From Azolla caroliniana (lineage: Eukaryota > Plantae > Polypodiophyta), in the NCBI GenBank assembly GCA_043228905.1, contig JBHGNT010000001.1, positions 3,100,001 through 3,164,000 of the forward strand: a stretch of DNA of 64,000 nucleotides. Direction: 5' to 3'. The notes beneath the pieces are model-generated. The model was given only the letters and a program-made list of their open reading frames with translations, was not told the origin of the DNA and made no database searches. Shown piece after piece: positions 11,942-25,200 of the stretch. Within the stretch, counting starts at the first letter, position 1. Every line of letters starts with the position of its first letter. Position numbers and translations under genes: made by a program.

Positions 11942-14900
11942 TCAACCCAGATTACCAAGCAAACGCTCTACAGCAGCATGAACATTTCCACCAGTAGATC
12001 GCAAGGCCTGAATATTAGCTTCCGTATCGATAAAGCCCATGTCTTGTAGCTGTGATAATTGTGTTGCGTAGAGTTGTTCGGGAGGAACTGTGTTCACTGC
12101 AATGTCAAAGAGAAAGTATAAATTTGTTTTCTTTTTTCCTCTACTTTTTTTGGGCCAGGGATTCGGCAAGTGGTTTGGAAGCTTGCAAGTGATCCATACA
12201 AGTCAAGGGTTCAACCCCTGTCCCCGCCTCCGCCCCCTCAGTTGCACAAAATAGCAACCAGGCCCAAATAACAAAAAGGAGGAACCTTTTTTAGTACCAC
12301 ACCAGCAATACCAGAGATGAGGTGTAGAGCAAAAGGACAAACCTGCTGGTACTGTTGCAGGCAGAACTCCCCCACCAAGACCTCCAAACAAGCCAAGCAA
12401 TGAGCCCATATCAAACGGGCTACCCGTAGCAGCTCCATTAGTCCCTCCTGGTGTTCTGAGAAAAGGTGTTTACTTAGCAATGAGTGTTGTGAAGGGCGAG
12501 CTTTATGATTATATTATGTGGAACTACTTACGGGGCTCCTGGCAAATGTTGACCGGGCTGCTGCTGGCCAGGTTGAATGGATAACAATTGCTACAAAAAC
12601 ATAAGTGAAACACCCCATTCACCCAACCTTTATTGGAGTAACATTAAAATGAGCAAGAGCTCAATTACGATTAGCTATTAACAATTGGCTTAGGCTAGAC
12701 ATAAAGGCTAATTATCCTCTTCAGCATCTTTCCATTCAAATTGCTTATTTTCCTCCACTCCAGTACCAAATTACTATGTGTAAAACCGACCTGTAGGGTT
12801 TCTGGGTTCATCATTTGTCTCAAAAGTTCCGGATTTTGCATCATTTCCCTCAACTGTGGGTTAGCAGTAATCATTGATCGTAAAGCTGGCTGCATATTGA
12901 CTATCTGAAAAGAAGCATAAGAAACAAATAAAAATAGTTAATTAGATACAATTCCTAGGGAATGAGCAAATACCCTGTTGAAATAACTACCTGGTTGAGA
13001 TATTGAGGGTTCGATAGAAGGCTCTGCATCATTTGAAGCATTGCTGGATTCTGCAATGTTTGTTGAATTAGAGTTGGATCATACAAGCTTGACCCGAAAT
13101 CCGGGAAACCAAGGCCACCACCAAGCCCTGGAATACCGCCACCTGTTGTTGTTCGAGCACCCGTGGCTGCCTGGCCTGTAGTACCAGTTTCTATCCACAA
13201 TAAAATCCATTAAAGCTGGTTGACTTTCCACCATCATAACTTAACATTATAATTTACTAGAATCTATTATTCAAGACCACAATTAGTGACCTACGGGTTG
13301 GATTCCATGGATTTGGAAGAGGAGCAGTGTTAGGAGCAACAGTCTCTGCTCCATCTGCAGAGGGAGTGGTCGCCACAGGAACCCCAACTTGGGGCTGTGT
13401 TCCTGGTGTACCTAACAACGCTGCAAATGGATTTGCAGCCGAATCATTCGTCCCATCTGCACCTGTTGCAGCATTTAGAAAAGGGGCTTCTACTGTCTCA
13501 TACATGCGGCGGAGCATATTGAACCCTTCTGGTGTTGCCTCAATGTTGCTCATAGCTCGATCAGTATTTCTCATCATCTCACGCATCAATTCAGGATTAC
13601 GGGCCGCATCAAGTGTTTGCCTCAGTGTGCTGGGGTCATTTAATATGTGTCCTAGCTCCGGATTCCTGTCTATCAGACTACGCATTTGTGGGTTGTTCAG
13701 GATCAAATTCCTCATAAGCTCAGGGTTGTTCATCAAGCTTTGTACTGCTGGCATATTCATCATGTCTCGTATCAAGTCAGGATTCTGCATTAACTGTTGT
13801 TGCACCTGCTGAATTTCAGGAAGCCCCACATTGCCAGCACCAAAGCCAGCGCCAAAAAGATCAGAGGCCCCACCTAGTCCATTAATTCCACCCAGTCCAC
13901 CCAGTCCATTAATTCCACCCAGTCCTCCTCCCAAATTATCCACTGGAGCATTGACTGCAGGAGGAGGGGCAGAATTGGCTGCAACAGCCGCTGCTGGCGC
14001 AGCTCTCACTAGATGCACTGTGTGGTCATTCTGAACTCCTGTACACATGACACCCGTATTTACATTAAATGGGATTAACATCATATATTGTGCAAGAGTA
14101 ACCTATATGGTGTGGAATGTGCACAGGTAATGGTCAAGTTATAGATGGAATTCATCATCAGGGCTACAATATTCCTAGCGTGAGCACAGTCTTTATAGGA
14201 CTCATGTCGGTCGGTGAATTATAGTGTACTTCTGATGATCTTAATCATTATCGAACTCCACAATAACAATACAAAGAATTTCATCTTATCCCAACTTTCT
14301 TTGCCCAAATTTCTAATTTATTATTTTTTCCCACCATTGCCAAAACGATTACCGGACATTTACATCCTGATTTAGGAGAAAAACATTTCATCCGGTGCAC
14401 AAATAGGAACTCCAAAGTATCAGTGTATTGAGATATTGCGCTAATAGTTCAACATTCAGCTTATTTTTGAGGAAAATTTAATAGTAAATTCTTTCACATT
14501 TGTAAATTTTGGTGAATCCTCCAAAAAAATTGGCCTTGAAAAGTAGGAAAATGTTTCCCACACATTGGGAAACAATGGTTAACTATCATTTGGCTAATTT
14601 GGACCCTGTATCAGTGCCATAAATTGCATTTCTGCATTTCTAAAGACAGATAGCTATACAGAGAGTGCATCCTACCATGTTCTGCTTGTATGTCTAAAAA
14701 CCATGCTGTGTACAAATTCATCTACGATGCCTTCGGGTAGGATGCATACCATAACAGTTGTCATTACCTTTCAGAGACTGATAGACCCTAAAACATGTGT
14801 TTCCTCCAAGAAATATACCAATTTTTCAAATACATAGGACCTACTTCAAGAAAGAGTTGGGTTTACCATAGCTTTCCAGCGAGCTATCATCTTTGAGGAC

Positions 14901-15074
14901 ACGGCCCTTGTAGATAAGTCTCTGTTGGTCGGCTGAGACGCCAGATCCATGGACAAGAAGAGTCTTGAACGCGGCTACGGTGATGGAGAGGCGGGCTTGG
15001 ACAGAAAACTTGCTTCCGTTTGTACAGCGGATATGGACGGTAGCCTCAGGGGCCTCTTGGGGGGAGTCCGCCAT
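11942..15074 (-). CDS. DSK2: Ubiquilin/DSK2 ubiquitin receptor (UBL-STI1-UBA), 7 exons: 15074-14867, 14038-13295, 13190-12991, 12904-12791, 12590-12532, 12455-12343, 12096-11942
   Basis: UBL ([13 protein letters not shown]...DHTVHLVR), STI1 repeats ([34 protein letters not shown]; PLPNPW) and UBA ([13 protein letters not shown]...[12 protein letters not shown]). All junctions are GT-AG and in phase. Confidence 0.96.
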
Positions 15075-15265
15075 GTGTGAAAACAGAGGATCGACGGACG
15101 CGGAGAAGGAGAAAAAGAAGAGGACTGAGACGAGGATTAGCGATGGCGTGCAGAATCAATTGGAGTCTTCTCTTTCCTTCTCTCTGTCTTTCTGTGTCTT
15201 TCTTCTTTCCAAGGTGAAGAAGAAGACACAACACACAAAATCAATGAAGCCATTTTCGCTATTCC

Positions 15266-15416
15266 TATACATACATATATACTAATAATAATTCTTTTTC
15301 TTTCTTTTTTATATAATTTATAATTATTATTATTTGTAGTACATACATATATACTAATAATAATTCTTTTTCTTTCTTTTTTATATAATTTATAAATATT
15401 ATTATTTGTAGTACAT
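15266..15416. repeat. AT-rich tandem duplication (~73 bp x2) in the DSK2 promoter
   Basis: tacatacatatatactaataataattcttttt...ttattatttgtag repeated head-to-tail. Confidence 0.9.
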
Positions 15417-18400
15417 AGCTCCACGATGGTAAATGGTAATATTTCTTTTCTAAGTAGTTCAAACACATGGCGCAGCCCGATTCGCCAATGCCACCCTCGA
15501 TTGTCGTCGTCTGCCCAAGTTGACTTCACGTTGTCTGGACAAAGCGCCTTTGCAAGGATCTGATCTTGATGGCTATCTACCATGCATACTTCGCTCTTTC
15601 CCTCACTCACTACACATTGAACAAAGTCTTCTACCAACTCGATCGATGGGGATTTCTTTGGTTTGATGGTGCTCGAGTTTCATCTTCTTACGAGAGATGG
15701 TGGAAAAAAACGTATGATCCTTCTCGAGCACAACCCATTGCTATGATGGATGAATTTGGAGAAGTAAAAAAGTTGGTGCTTCCTAACCAACTTGATACTA
15801 TGGTGAGATGAGCTTCAATATTAATTAATTGCCTCAAATGTAATCAATATCTCAATTATTTCATACAAAACTTTCCCAACTTTTTATAGTGTATGTTGTT
15901 TTGAGTCTACGTTATATAATTGCCAACAACCAACACCTTAGTCTTCAACCCTTTTCTAATTGCTAAGTTGCACCTCATTACCTCTCCAACTTGTAACAAA
16001 TTAAATAAAATCAATGACCATATGGCATCGTGGATCTTGGAGCATTGGGTTACCACTAAAGAGATCTAAAAATGTTGTAAGTGACTTGTGGAAACTAGAA
16101 AATAATACATTTGTTGATGGAGTGACATTGTTCAATGAGGTGTGCAAATCCATTCACAAACAAGACTCATTGTAAGGACATTCACTATCTCACTTGGATT
16201 ATGTCATATGGATAATTTCCCAAATGATTGTGAATACAATGATAACAAACATATGTGCTCCTTGCCATGACCATTACTAAATATCATAGCCATCTAGTGG
16301 AACTAAAACTTATATTAAGTGGGAACCATAAATAGGGTTTTGAATAGGGCGAAGAAGTGGATGAATAATCAATGTAGGTGGTAGGCGGAAATTGTACTAA
16401 GCATCAAGTTATGAATATTTCTCTAACTCGAAAGGAAGCAACAACATTTCATTTTGATGAAATATTCTTAGAGGTTTTTCTCATAGCTCATCCTCATTCT
16501 TATATATTTTGTAAGTTCCATATATACCAATCCGTGTAGTAGGGATGGTCAATGAGATCTTTGCCATTTGTCCATGCTGTTCATTGGTGCTATTCATTGG
16601 ATATCAAGTTTTAATTTGCAAGAACACAATCTCAAATTACATAAACTTATTTGTGTGTGCGAGTGATAAAGAGAGCAACTAAAAATTTATAACATTTAGT
16701 AACAAGACTAAGATGGTCTAGTGACTCTTTGGAATTTTACCAATTTAAATGCTGACATGATGCAAAAGGAGTTCCCTTGGCTTATAAGCAAGCTTTTTGG
16801 TTTGCCCATTATGTCATTGATCATGTAGGGCTCACTCTCTAGGCAGGTGATGATTTATCAAACAGTCTATCTCATCTGACTATTTCTTTCACTCTTCCTA
16901 CAAAGGTGTATCTCCTAATAATAAAAAAGCGATGAACCAAAATTGAAGCCTTCTCAAAACTATATAGATGTCATAGATTCATGAGGTTGATATCAAAGTC
17001 TCAATTCTCACTGTATAAAAGTCAATGTATTAGTGGTATGTATTGTGTTTTCATAACATCAAGGTTGAATTTCATAATTAGTTTTATGGTGTCTTCACTA
17101 CAAACACTCTTCTATTCACATTCTGCACAAAATACACAGAGTGAAAACAATGGCACTGCACCTTAAATTTCAATGCAAACAATGTTAAAACCACAAAAAT
17201 GTGTTTGGAAAAGCCTTATTTAAATAATGAAAAAAATCACTACAAAGCATTACTTTTGATTGCACTCTACCCACTCGCCAGTAAGCAAGTAAAACCAATC
17301 AATGGTTTTTTCCTCAATCAACACATCTGCACTTCGGTACTTCCTTGCAACCATTAGTGATATGTTTAATCTAAATTTCATACCAACACATTGGAGTCCT
17401 ACATAAACAAGAATAGTGCTCAAATCCAACACTAGTGGATGACAAAGCAAACTTTTCCTAGCAATGTCATTTACTCATGAATAGACTGTATAAAAGCAAC
17501 CTAAAATGTGCACGAAAACTGTGCTTTCAGCTGCATGCTCCATTGGGCAATGTAAAAAGCAAACAAACTGTGCATCAGATTCTTGTTTGTAAGCAATACA
17601 TTGTATCTTTAATTGAGGTTTCCTGCTGCACTTGCCTCAGATTCCAAACACAAAAAAAATATTGTTTGCAGACCGGTTCATGTGGACAGCATGATGAATT
17701 GTGCCCCAGATCTTTAGACACAACCTAAATACGTGCTTTACAGAGCAATTATTTCGTCTCCCTAAAACATTACTCTGATACAAAACAACAGTATTCCATT
17801 TCATATACTTCTTGCAATTTTACAAGTTTCTTAAATATCATCAAGAAAAATAAACCTGATATTAAGGTGTGTAATTAAATCCTCACTATTCTTTATATTA
17901 CACACATAAAATAGAAACATCTCATATCCAGAAAATACACTGTAACATTTTGATTAATCATAAGGAGACTTTATTTTATCAAAACTAGTATCATAAATTA
18001 GCCAATTCCGTTGTGACAATAAATAGCTCTAAATGTACAGACAAATACATTGTAATGCAGCTGAAAGTCCAGTTCATAAGCACACATTCAAAGCCAGCTA
18101 GAACCTAACTAACCTCTCATAAGATGCCTTGACACATGATTATTCGGAAAGAGGCAATGAATAAAAGCATCCCTGGATCCTTGACACTGGCACTACTAGT
18201 CGTAGCAAAAATAATATAATTGATGGAGTGAAACATGTCGCCAATTTGCACACACCATTATGCTGCACATCAAGAATGAATCTCTCCCTCTCTTTCTCTC
18301 TCTCTTTCTATATATATATATATATAACTTTAGACACAGTAACAGGTTATGATTATGCATATTGATCACAAATGACAAATGGAGTTGGTTTGAACAGCAA

Positions 18401-18588
18401 TTAGGTTCAAGAAAATAAGTTACAATGAGTCCAATATGCAATTTAGCTAGGAGGTGTTTGAACGTATGGATGAGATTGTACGACCAACAAAAGAACCAAA
18501 GCATATAAGTTCCTATTTAACTTACTAAGCTGTCTAAAAAGTTGAAAACTCAACAAAATAAAAGTTTCTTACAGTTCCCATTCCCGAA

Positions 18589-19836
18589 CTAGTCAATTCG
18601 CAGACTTGCCTGCCGCTTTATCTGCAGCACAAGTTCAATCATGAGCATTTCAGAAGGTGCACATTCATATACCAATAACATTAATACTCTCCATGCTGAT
18701 ATTAAAACTTTACGATACGATCATTTCAGCTCATTAAATTTACCTCTCTTATCCTGAGTTCAGCTAGAATGGTTGCAATGTAACAAACTCAAAAACTATT
18801 CCTAAACCTCCAAAACTACAATTACTAAGCTATGTTTACCATAATTCATTCTCATTTATGAGTCCTTTTATCTTCTATTGATATTTCTCGTAATCCCTCT
18901 CTAAGGCACAATCAATTCTCTTACATTCTAGTTTACCTCTTACAGTGAAAACACATGGAAAATTAGTAGATCAAAGTAGAGACTCACTGGCTCTGGTTCT
19001 GGTTCCTTCATTGATTCTTTTGTAGGTAATGAAAGCACCACATCATATGCAGCAGACATTTCTCCTCTTGCCTTCTGGAACCCGAGAGTTCGAGCTTTCT
19101 CTTTGAAAAAAATCTCAAAGAGTTGTTCATAGTCAGATTTCACAGCTATGCAATCCTCCCTCTTACAATTCGGATAAGAACAATGCTTGAGTTGAGGAGC
19201 TTGCAATATAGCAAGAGCTATGGCTACAGTAGACGTCTCTACCCCAGCTGTATTCACAAAAAGCAGCTTTCCTGCCATCGCTATCTTCTTACTAAGCTGA
19301 AGAGGGAAGGTCACGGTTCCTCTATTTGGAACTTCGAAACTAACACCTTCAGGATTCTCAGTGAGAAGCTTCTGAAACTCGTCATCGGAAAGTTTCTCAT
19401 GAGCCATTCTTATGGTATTATAAAGGTACAACAAAAAGAACTTCCGCAGAGAAACATACTCTCGATTCGCCCCTTCCACAAAAGTCGCAGTCATGTTCTG
19501 AAGGTCAGAAATAATGGCAGCTCTCTCTTTCACGACCTCTTCTTCTTTCTCTTTGATGATGGATTCGAGGCGAGAGGCCGGCATGGCGCCATCTCCAGCT
19601 TCCAATCTGTTCTTATGGAGCTTCACGTCGTTACAGAGGATGCGAAAATCGGCCAGCCTCGATTCCATGCGCCGTATACGGTTGTCCATCTGCTTCCATT
19701 CGGGGTGGAGGCGCATACGGACATAGGGAGGCCCGGATGGCTGAGGGAAGGACGAGAGGTCGAAGATATGGCGCTTGAACACCTGTACGAGACCTGGCGT
19801 AAACCGGCGGACTCTCCTCAGTAGCAGAGCTTCCAT
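18589..19836 (-). CDS. Uncharacterised protein, ~293 aa, 2 coding exons (19836-18988, 18621-18589); possible mitochondrial presequence
   Basis: 849-nt open exon with GCCATGG start context, donor CCA|GTGAGT and acceptor ctgcag|ATA giving IKRQASLRID*. The N-terminus is Arg-rich and nearly acid-free (MEALLLRRVRRFTPGLVQVFKRHIF). No family recognised. Confidence 0.75.
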
Positions 19837-19981
19837 GGCGATGGCGATGGCGATGGCGAGAAAGCTGAGAGTTTTGACAGGGGTTTTGAAAGGGGTTTGG
19901 GGGATCTACGAATGTGTAGGTTTTATTTCTATGGACGAAGAATACCTCTCCTGTACATACCGTATACGTATATATATATAA

Positions 19982-20294
19982 GGGAAAAGTACGAGGATAC
20001 CCTTGGAAGTTCGTCTATTTACCAGAATGCCCCTAGAAGTTCCAAATTTACCAAACTACCCCTATGTTCAAAAATTACACTTTACAAAGTAATTATACAC
20101 TCAAATCTTTGGTAAATAGGGCTAGTTCGGCTCCATTTATTCCATCTTTGGTAAATAGGGCTTGTAGATTTGAGTGTATAATTACTTTATAAAGTGTAAT
20201 TTTTTTGGACATAGGGGTAGTTTTGTACATTTGGAACTTCCAAGGGCATTCTGGTAAATAGACGAACTTCTAGGGGTATCCTGGTACTTTTCCC
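19982..20294. mobile_element. Foldback MITE (Mutator-like), copy 1
   Basis: GGGAAAAGTAC...GTACTTTTCCC ends with ~127-bp inverted arms and a ~57-bp spacer. Highly similar to 34595-34906. Sits in (TA)n, so the TSD is ambiguous. Confidence 0.9.
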
Positions 20295-22266
20295 ATATAT
20301 ATGTACGTATGTACGTATGTGTGTGTATGTACACTTTCTTCGATAATGACAGTCTAATGGAACCCACCAAATCCTAACTATGCCTCTCCCCCATCCATCT
20401 CCGATTTTGAAACTTGTCATGCACCCGGCCCACTTGTTCAACATCCCAACCCTAGACCTATAATTGACACTTACATAGACCTATATCAATAAGCGTGTAA
20501 CATGCCACGAGGGATGATTCTCTATGTGACTTGTTGGAAGATTATTATTAATGAAGAGCCATTATTATTATTATGAAGTGTTTTGTTATCTAAACATTGT
20601 TAAGACATTATATCCTCTTCTGTTCCGGTTCAATCATTATAGTTACGTGAGTGATTAATTGTTCGTGTAACTATTTGGTGAGAAATCGAGTACTAAGCTA
20701 CGTTTGTCAAGTGCATGATCAAGTAAGACAATGTCACTTGTACTTACTTGTGTATCCAAGTGGCTTTCAACCTATTTCCTAGCTCACATATAGTTGATGT
20801 CATGGGTTTCAAGAATTGTATGGTGACTTTTGTTGTCGTTATAATTTTACACTAACGTGATCCATTGGTATGGCTAGAAATACCATAATGGTCTCCCAAG
20901 CAACAATCCAATCAATTCATACCTCCTCTTTATGATCGTCCCTCTCTCTATGAAATCCGTACTTAGATTGGGTAGGTTTTACTCTTTATTGTCTTTGGTT
21001 GCAACTTATTAATAAAAGGACTTTGATTGTTTTATAGTTTCTTCTACCACAAAACTTATCGGCAAGTTCACCATAGTGCTTGTTCATTTGCACTGAACAT
21101 CGTATAACATATAACCACTCACAATTTCTTACCCTCTCGCAAAAGATAAAACAATGTGCAATACACCAAGAATAGTGAAGGAATAAACATCAAAAATGCA
21201 TTATAGATACCAATTACTATGTTTATAGATCTAAAACTTTTTCGAAATAAGCTTTTCGTTTTATTGCCATAATAATAATGGTTGTCATTAATATTCCATC
21301 ACATGTTATCACAATCAATCTCGATGCATTCCAAGAGAAAATCTCTTTGTGTAATTAACATGTCATATAAAAAATCGACCATGGTTATATGCTAATTAAA
21401 CTGCATCCACCATACTTTGTATAAAATTAATTCCTAACAATTCACACACACAAGTGACATAGAGATTGTGTCCAATTCTATTTTGGCATGCTTCCCTGGC
21501 ATATTAACTCAAATAAATGATGTTGATCCTCATTATATGCTACAATATGTTATCCACCTCATATTTCATGTGACCAATGGCCTTGTGCCACATCATCATA
21601 TCATATATAGGTTATTAGGTTCTCAATAAAACCAAAATCTTGGGAGACTTCACAAGCAAGGCAAGAATCTACCCACTTATATTGATCTTTAAGCGAATCC
21701 ATGTGCTTGCATCAGATGAATGTTGGGAAGATATCCCTGCCCCACGTAATGTACAACGAAATGGTTGGTGTCACATCAGAACAAGGGATATGCGTCTAGA
21801 AGAAGCCCCGTGCGGGGAGGTTCTCTAACATTATGGTTGGGTTTTGCACTAGGGGACGCACATCACATATATGTAATGTACATTATACATATATGCATAT
21901 GTATGTACATATTGGGCTGAATATAATGTCATCTTTAGCTGGTATGGAGACATTTTTTCTTCCTTTAGTACATTTCTCATGCTATTAGTTTTTTTGCTTT
22001 CTTTTTTGTTCCCGATCAGAGGAGAAAGTGACAGAGAGACGGAGGGTTACAGAGACAGGGAGAGGGAGAGAGAGAGGAGACAGGAATGCTTCGGGGTTTC
22101 TCAGAGAATGTCGTCTTTCACTCTCTCCTGCACAGTCGTTCCTTCGCGCGTGGATTCTTCTTCTTCCCCTTCTTCTGATACACCGTCTTCGGAATCTCGA
22201 CTGAAATAATCGAGTCTCCGCCTCCCCCCCTTCTCTCTTTACCTCTCCTACCGGCGCTGATAGTTG

Positions 22267-25200
22267 ATGGAAATGGTAGGATTAACAGGAGCAAGTAGTC
22301 TTAGAGAGCTCGCAGTTTCTTACCTTAATGATGCGAAAATTGTTGGTGATGCCTCCACCAAAACAAGCAAATTGAAGCTTTTGAAAGAGGTTCTTCTTCA
22401 TCGCGATCCTTCATTGTTAACAGAGTTTGTTCCTCATCTCATGGAGCTTCAAACTGAACGCCCTGCTCCCATCAGAAATTTCCTTTTGCAGTACGTACAT
22501 ATCAGTCTCAAGTTTTACCTAATGTAAAATATGCATATTTTTTAATATTCTCTTCTCATTTTGATGGCACTGATAAGAGGGATGATTTTTTTTTTATATA
22601 GCGAAAGATGAAACGTAGTAATGACCTTTTAGAGCAAAGTTGCAACCATCAATTTAATACATGATATATGTGTGACGTATAAGCTCAAGTAAAAAGAAAA
22701 CAATAAACCTGGAAAGAAAAAACACCCATTCAAGCTCAATTTATAGGGATAGAAATATCAGGACTGTATAGTGATAGAGCAGACACCAGAGCTTAGAGGA
22801 AGAGGAATTTTGTGATTGTCTTCAAAGTTCAAATATGACATATGGGATCATAAATATGACATTTTCATGTATTCTGCTTGGATCTGTTAAATTATTCTTG
22901 ACATTGCAGCTGGAAGAGGGGAATACAACATTATGCTATTACAGTGAGGGGATACATCTATCAATTCAGACTTCAGATTTGAATTCAACATTAAAACTTG
23001 TTTGAGCTCCTAATTGTTGGTGTTCATCCATGGTATTCCTGACTGTACTATCTATTGCCAGAGTACCACAATCTTTAAAGCATGGTGTTTATTTTTCTCA
23101 ATAGATAGAAGAGTGCTATGAAAGAAAAATCTTCAATTGTGATAACACATCTAATCCTATAGGAATGATTATGTCTTTTATGAATACATCTTGATCATAT
23201 AAATTGAAGCAAGGATTTTTCCTCATTACTGGAAATTAGTTTCAGTGTCTCTAAATTGTATCTACTAGCCACATTATAAACGTGTGATGCCAACAATGTA
23301 TTATATCATCTATGGGTGATTGAATTTTCAATGTGCACCAGAAAGAGTATGAATAGGAGCACCTTCATCTGAAACACTGTTTTCAATGAATAAATGAATG
23401 AATACTGTAGCGTCAATATATCATTGGGTTATTTTGTTTGTGCTACTAAGATTTGAGTTTTGGGATTATTTATATGGCCTGTTGTTGGTATCACAATTTC
23501 TTTATGGCAGAATGATTGAAGAAATTGGTCTAAAGCATCTTGAACACTTGCCGACGATGGTCCCAGTTCTCTTGACATTGATGGGTGATGATATGCCAGC
23601 TATTGCCCGCCGTGCCATCTCTGCAGGTTCCAACTTGTTTCAAAACACATTTCAGCAAGTAGCTTTACAGGTAAGGATAACAAAAATCTATTTAGTCCTG
23701 ATAATAATACTTGCATGCAAACATTATACACGAATATATTTTCTTGTATTAACTGAGCTGCAATTTACTATGTGTCGTACATTTTGCCGGACAGTCTCAG
23801 TCTGTCTTACTCACACACTCACCCTCACAAACTAGCCATCATTCATTATAGCAGGGTAATTATTAGTTGGTAATTCTGTTCATGTTTCTGGTTGAGATCT
23901 TAGATTATTTCTGTTTTTTAGTGTGCATGACATGGTTATAAAATTTAAATCATGTTGAAACTTTTGGATCACATAATCCAATTTCACCATTCTAGTGCCA
24001 GTAATACATAGTTATTGCTCTTATTCACTTCCTGTCTAACTTATATATGCACCATTTCATTTTATTTGCATTATCATGATGACTACTCTTAGATCATGCA
24101 CACTAACAAATTGCTTCTAAAAATATAGATTTTCAAGTTACATCCTAAAGCAATGCTACCAAATGTATCTAAGAGTATTTGCTTGAGATAAGTTATATCT
24201 GATAATAATAACTCATATTTACTCTGTTAATAATATGATAAATAAATCACAATAACCGTAGCTGCAGAATAGTTGCTTGAAAAAATTAACATGAATGATT
24301 GAAAATCTAACATCACCAACAAACAAATAATCTTAGTGAAGAGTTTGATTTGAGGCCATTTCCCATTTTACAACTACTCCATCTCGAGTTCTATTTGTAC
24401 TTTCGTGAGACCTGGTGCTTAGAAATTTTCTTTCTAGAACTAATCTTTTTATATCAATCAGGATGCATTATTTTTTGAGTCTCATAAGCTGTTTGACCTT
24501 GTTCTGAGGGATTCACGGATATGTTAATGTAGTATTTTCCTTTTTATTTATTTATTATATTTGGAAAAGTAATGATAATAGACATCGAGTTGCATCTGAT
24601 GTGTAGAGTTGTGCATGATTTTTCAGGGTATTTATTCTGGAAAAGTAGACGCAAAGCTTGAGGAGTCTTGGGTTTGGATGGTCACCCTCAAGGATGCCAT
24701 TTATGTAGCCTCCCAAGAGGTATTACAGTATACTCAATTAAATGCTATTGTCTGTTTTTCAATCAATAGCTTTATGCTAATCTCAGATTGTTTCTGCAGC
24801 ATAAAAATGATGGTGTCCGTTTGCTTGCAATTAAGTTCATAGAAATAGTCATTTTATTATTTACCCCTGAACCGAATGGCCCTGCACAGCCTCCTCCTGT
24901 GCAACAGAAGTCAGAAAGTAAGATGTAATTTATTTTCTTTGATTATTAGTGCGTTTTGCTGTCTTTAAAAGTTTGCGAAGTCAGTTTCTGTTTCACTGTA
25001 CTAATTAACTGGATGGTCTGATGTTAGAGCATTTATTTAATGTTGCCTGGCTACTTGGAACCCACCCTATCCTTGATGTTGCATCATTGGGCCAAGAAGC
25101 AAGTAGAAACTTATCCAAGTTATTAGATCAGCTCCGAACACCAGAGACACCAAAAGTCTCGGGGCCTATTGCTGCTGTCCTTGTGAACAGGTTAGCTGCA

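Noticed and set aside
13327-14034. Pro-rich plus-strand ORFs ([11 protein letters not shown])
   Set aside because: Antisense to the Gly-rich GGLGGINGL duplication in DSK2 exon 2.
14334-14578. Possible hAT-like MITE in DSK2 intron 1 (CCATTG...GGGAAACAATGG; similar word at 10261)
   Set aside because: The terminal match is only ~6 bp and no TSD is visible.
19123-19824. 233-aa plus-strand ORF antisense to the orphan gene
   Set aside because: Starts at TTG, lies wholly within the minus-strand exon and has no motif; a shadow ORF.
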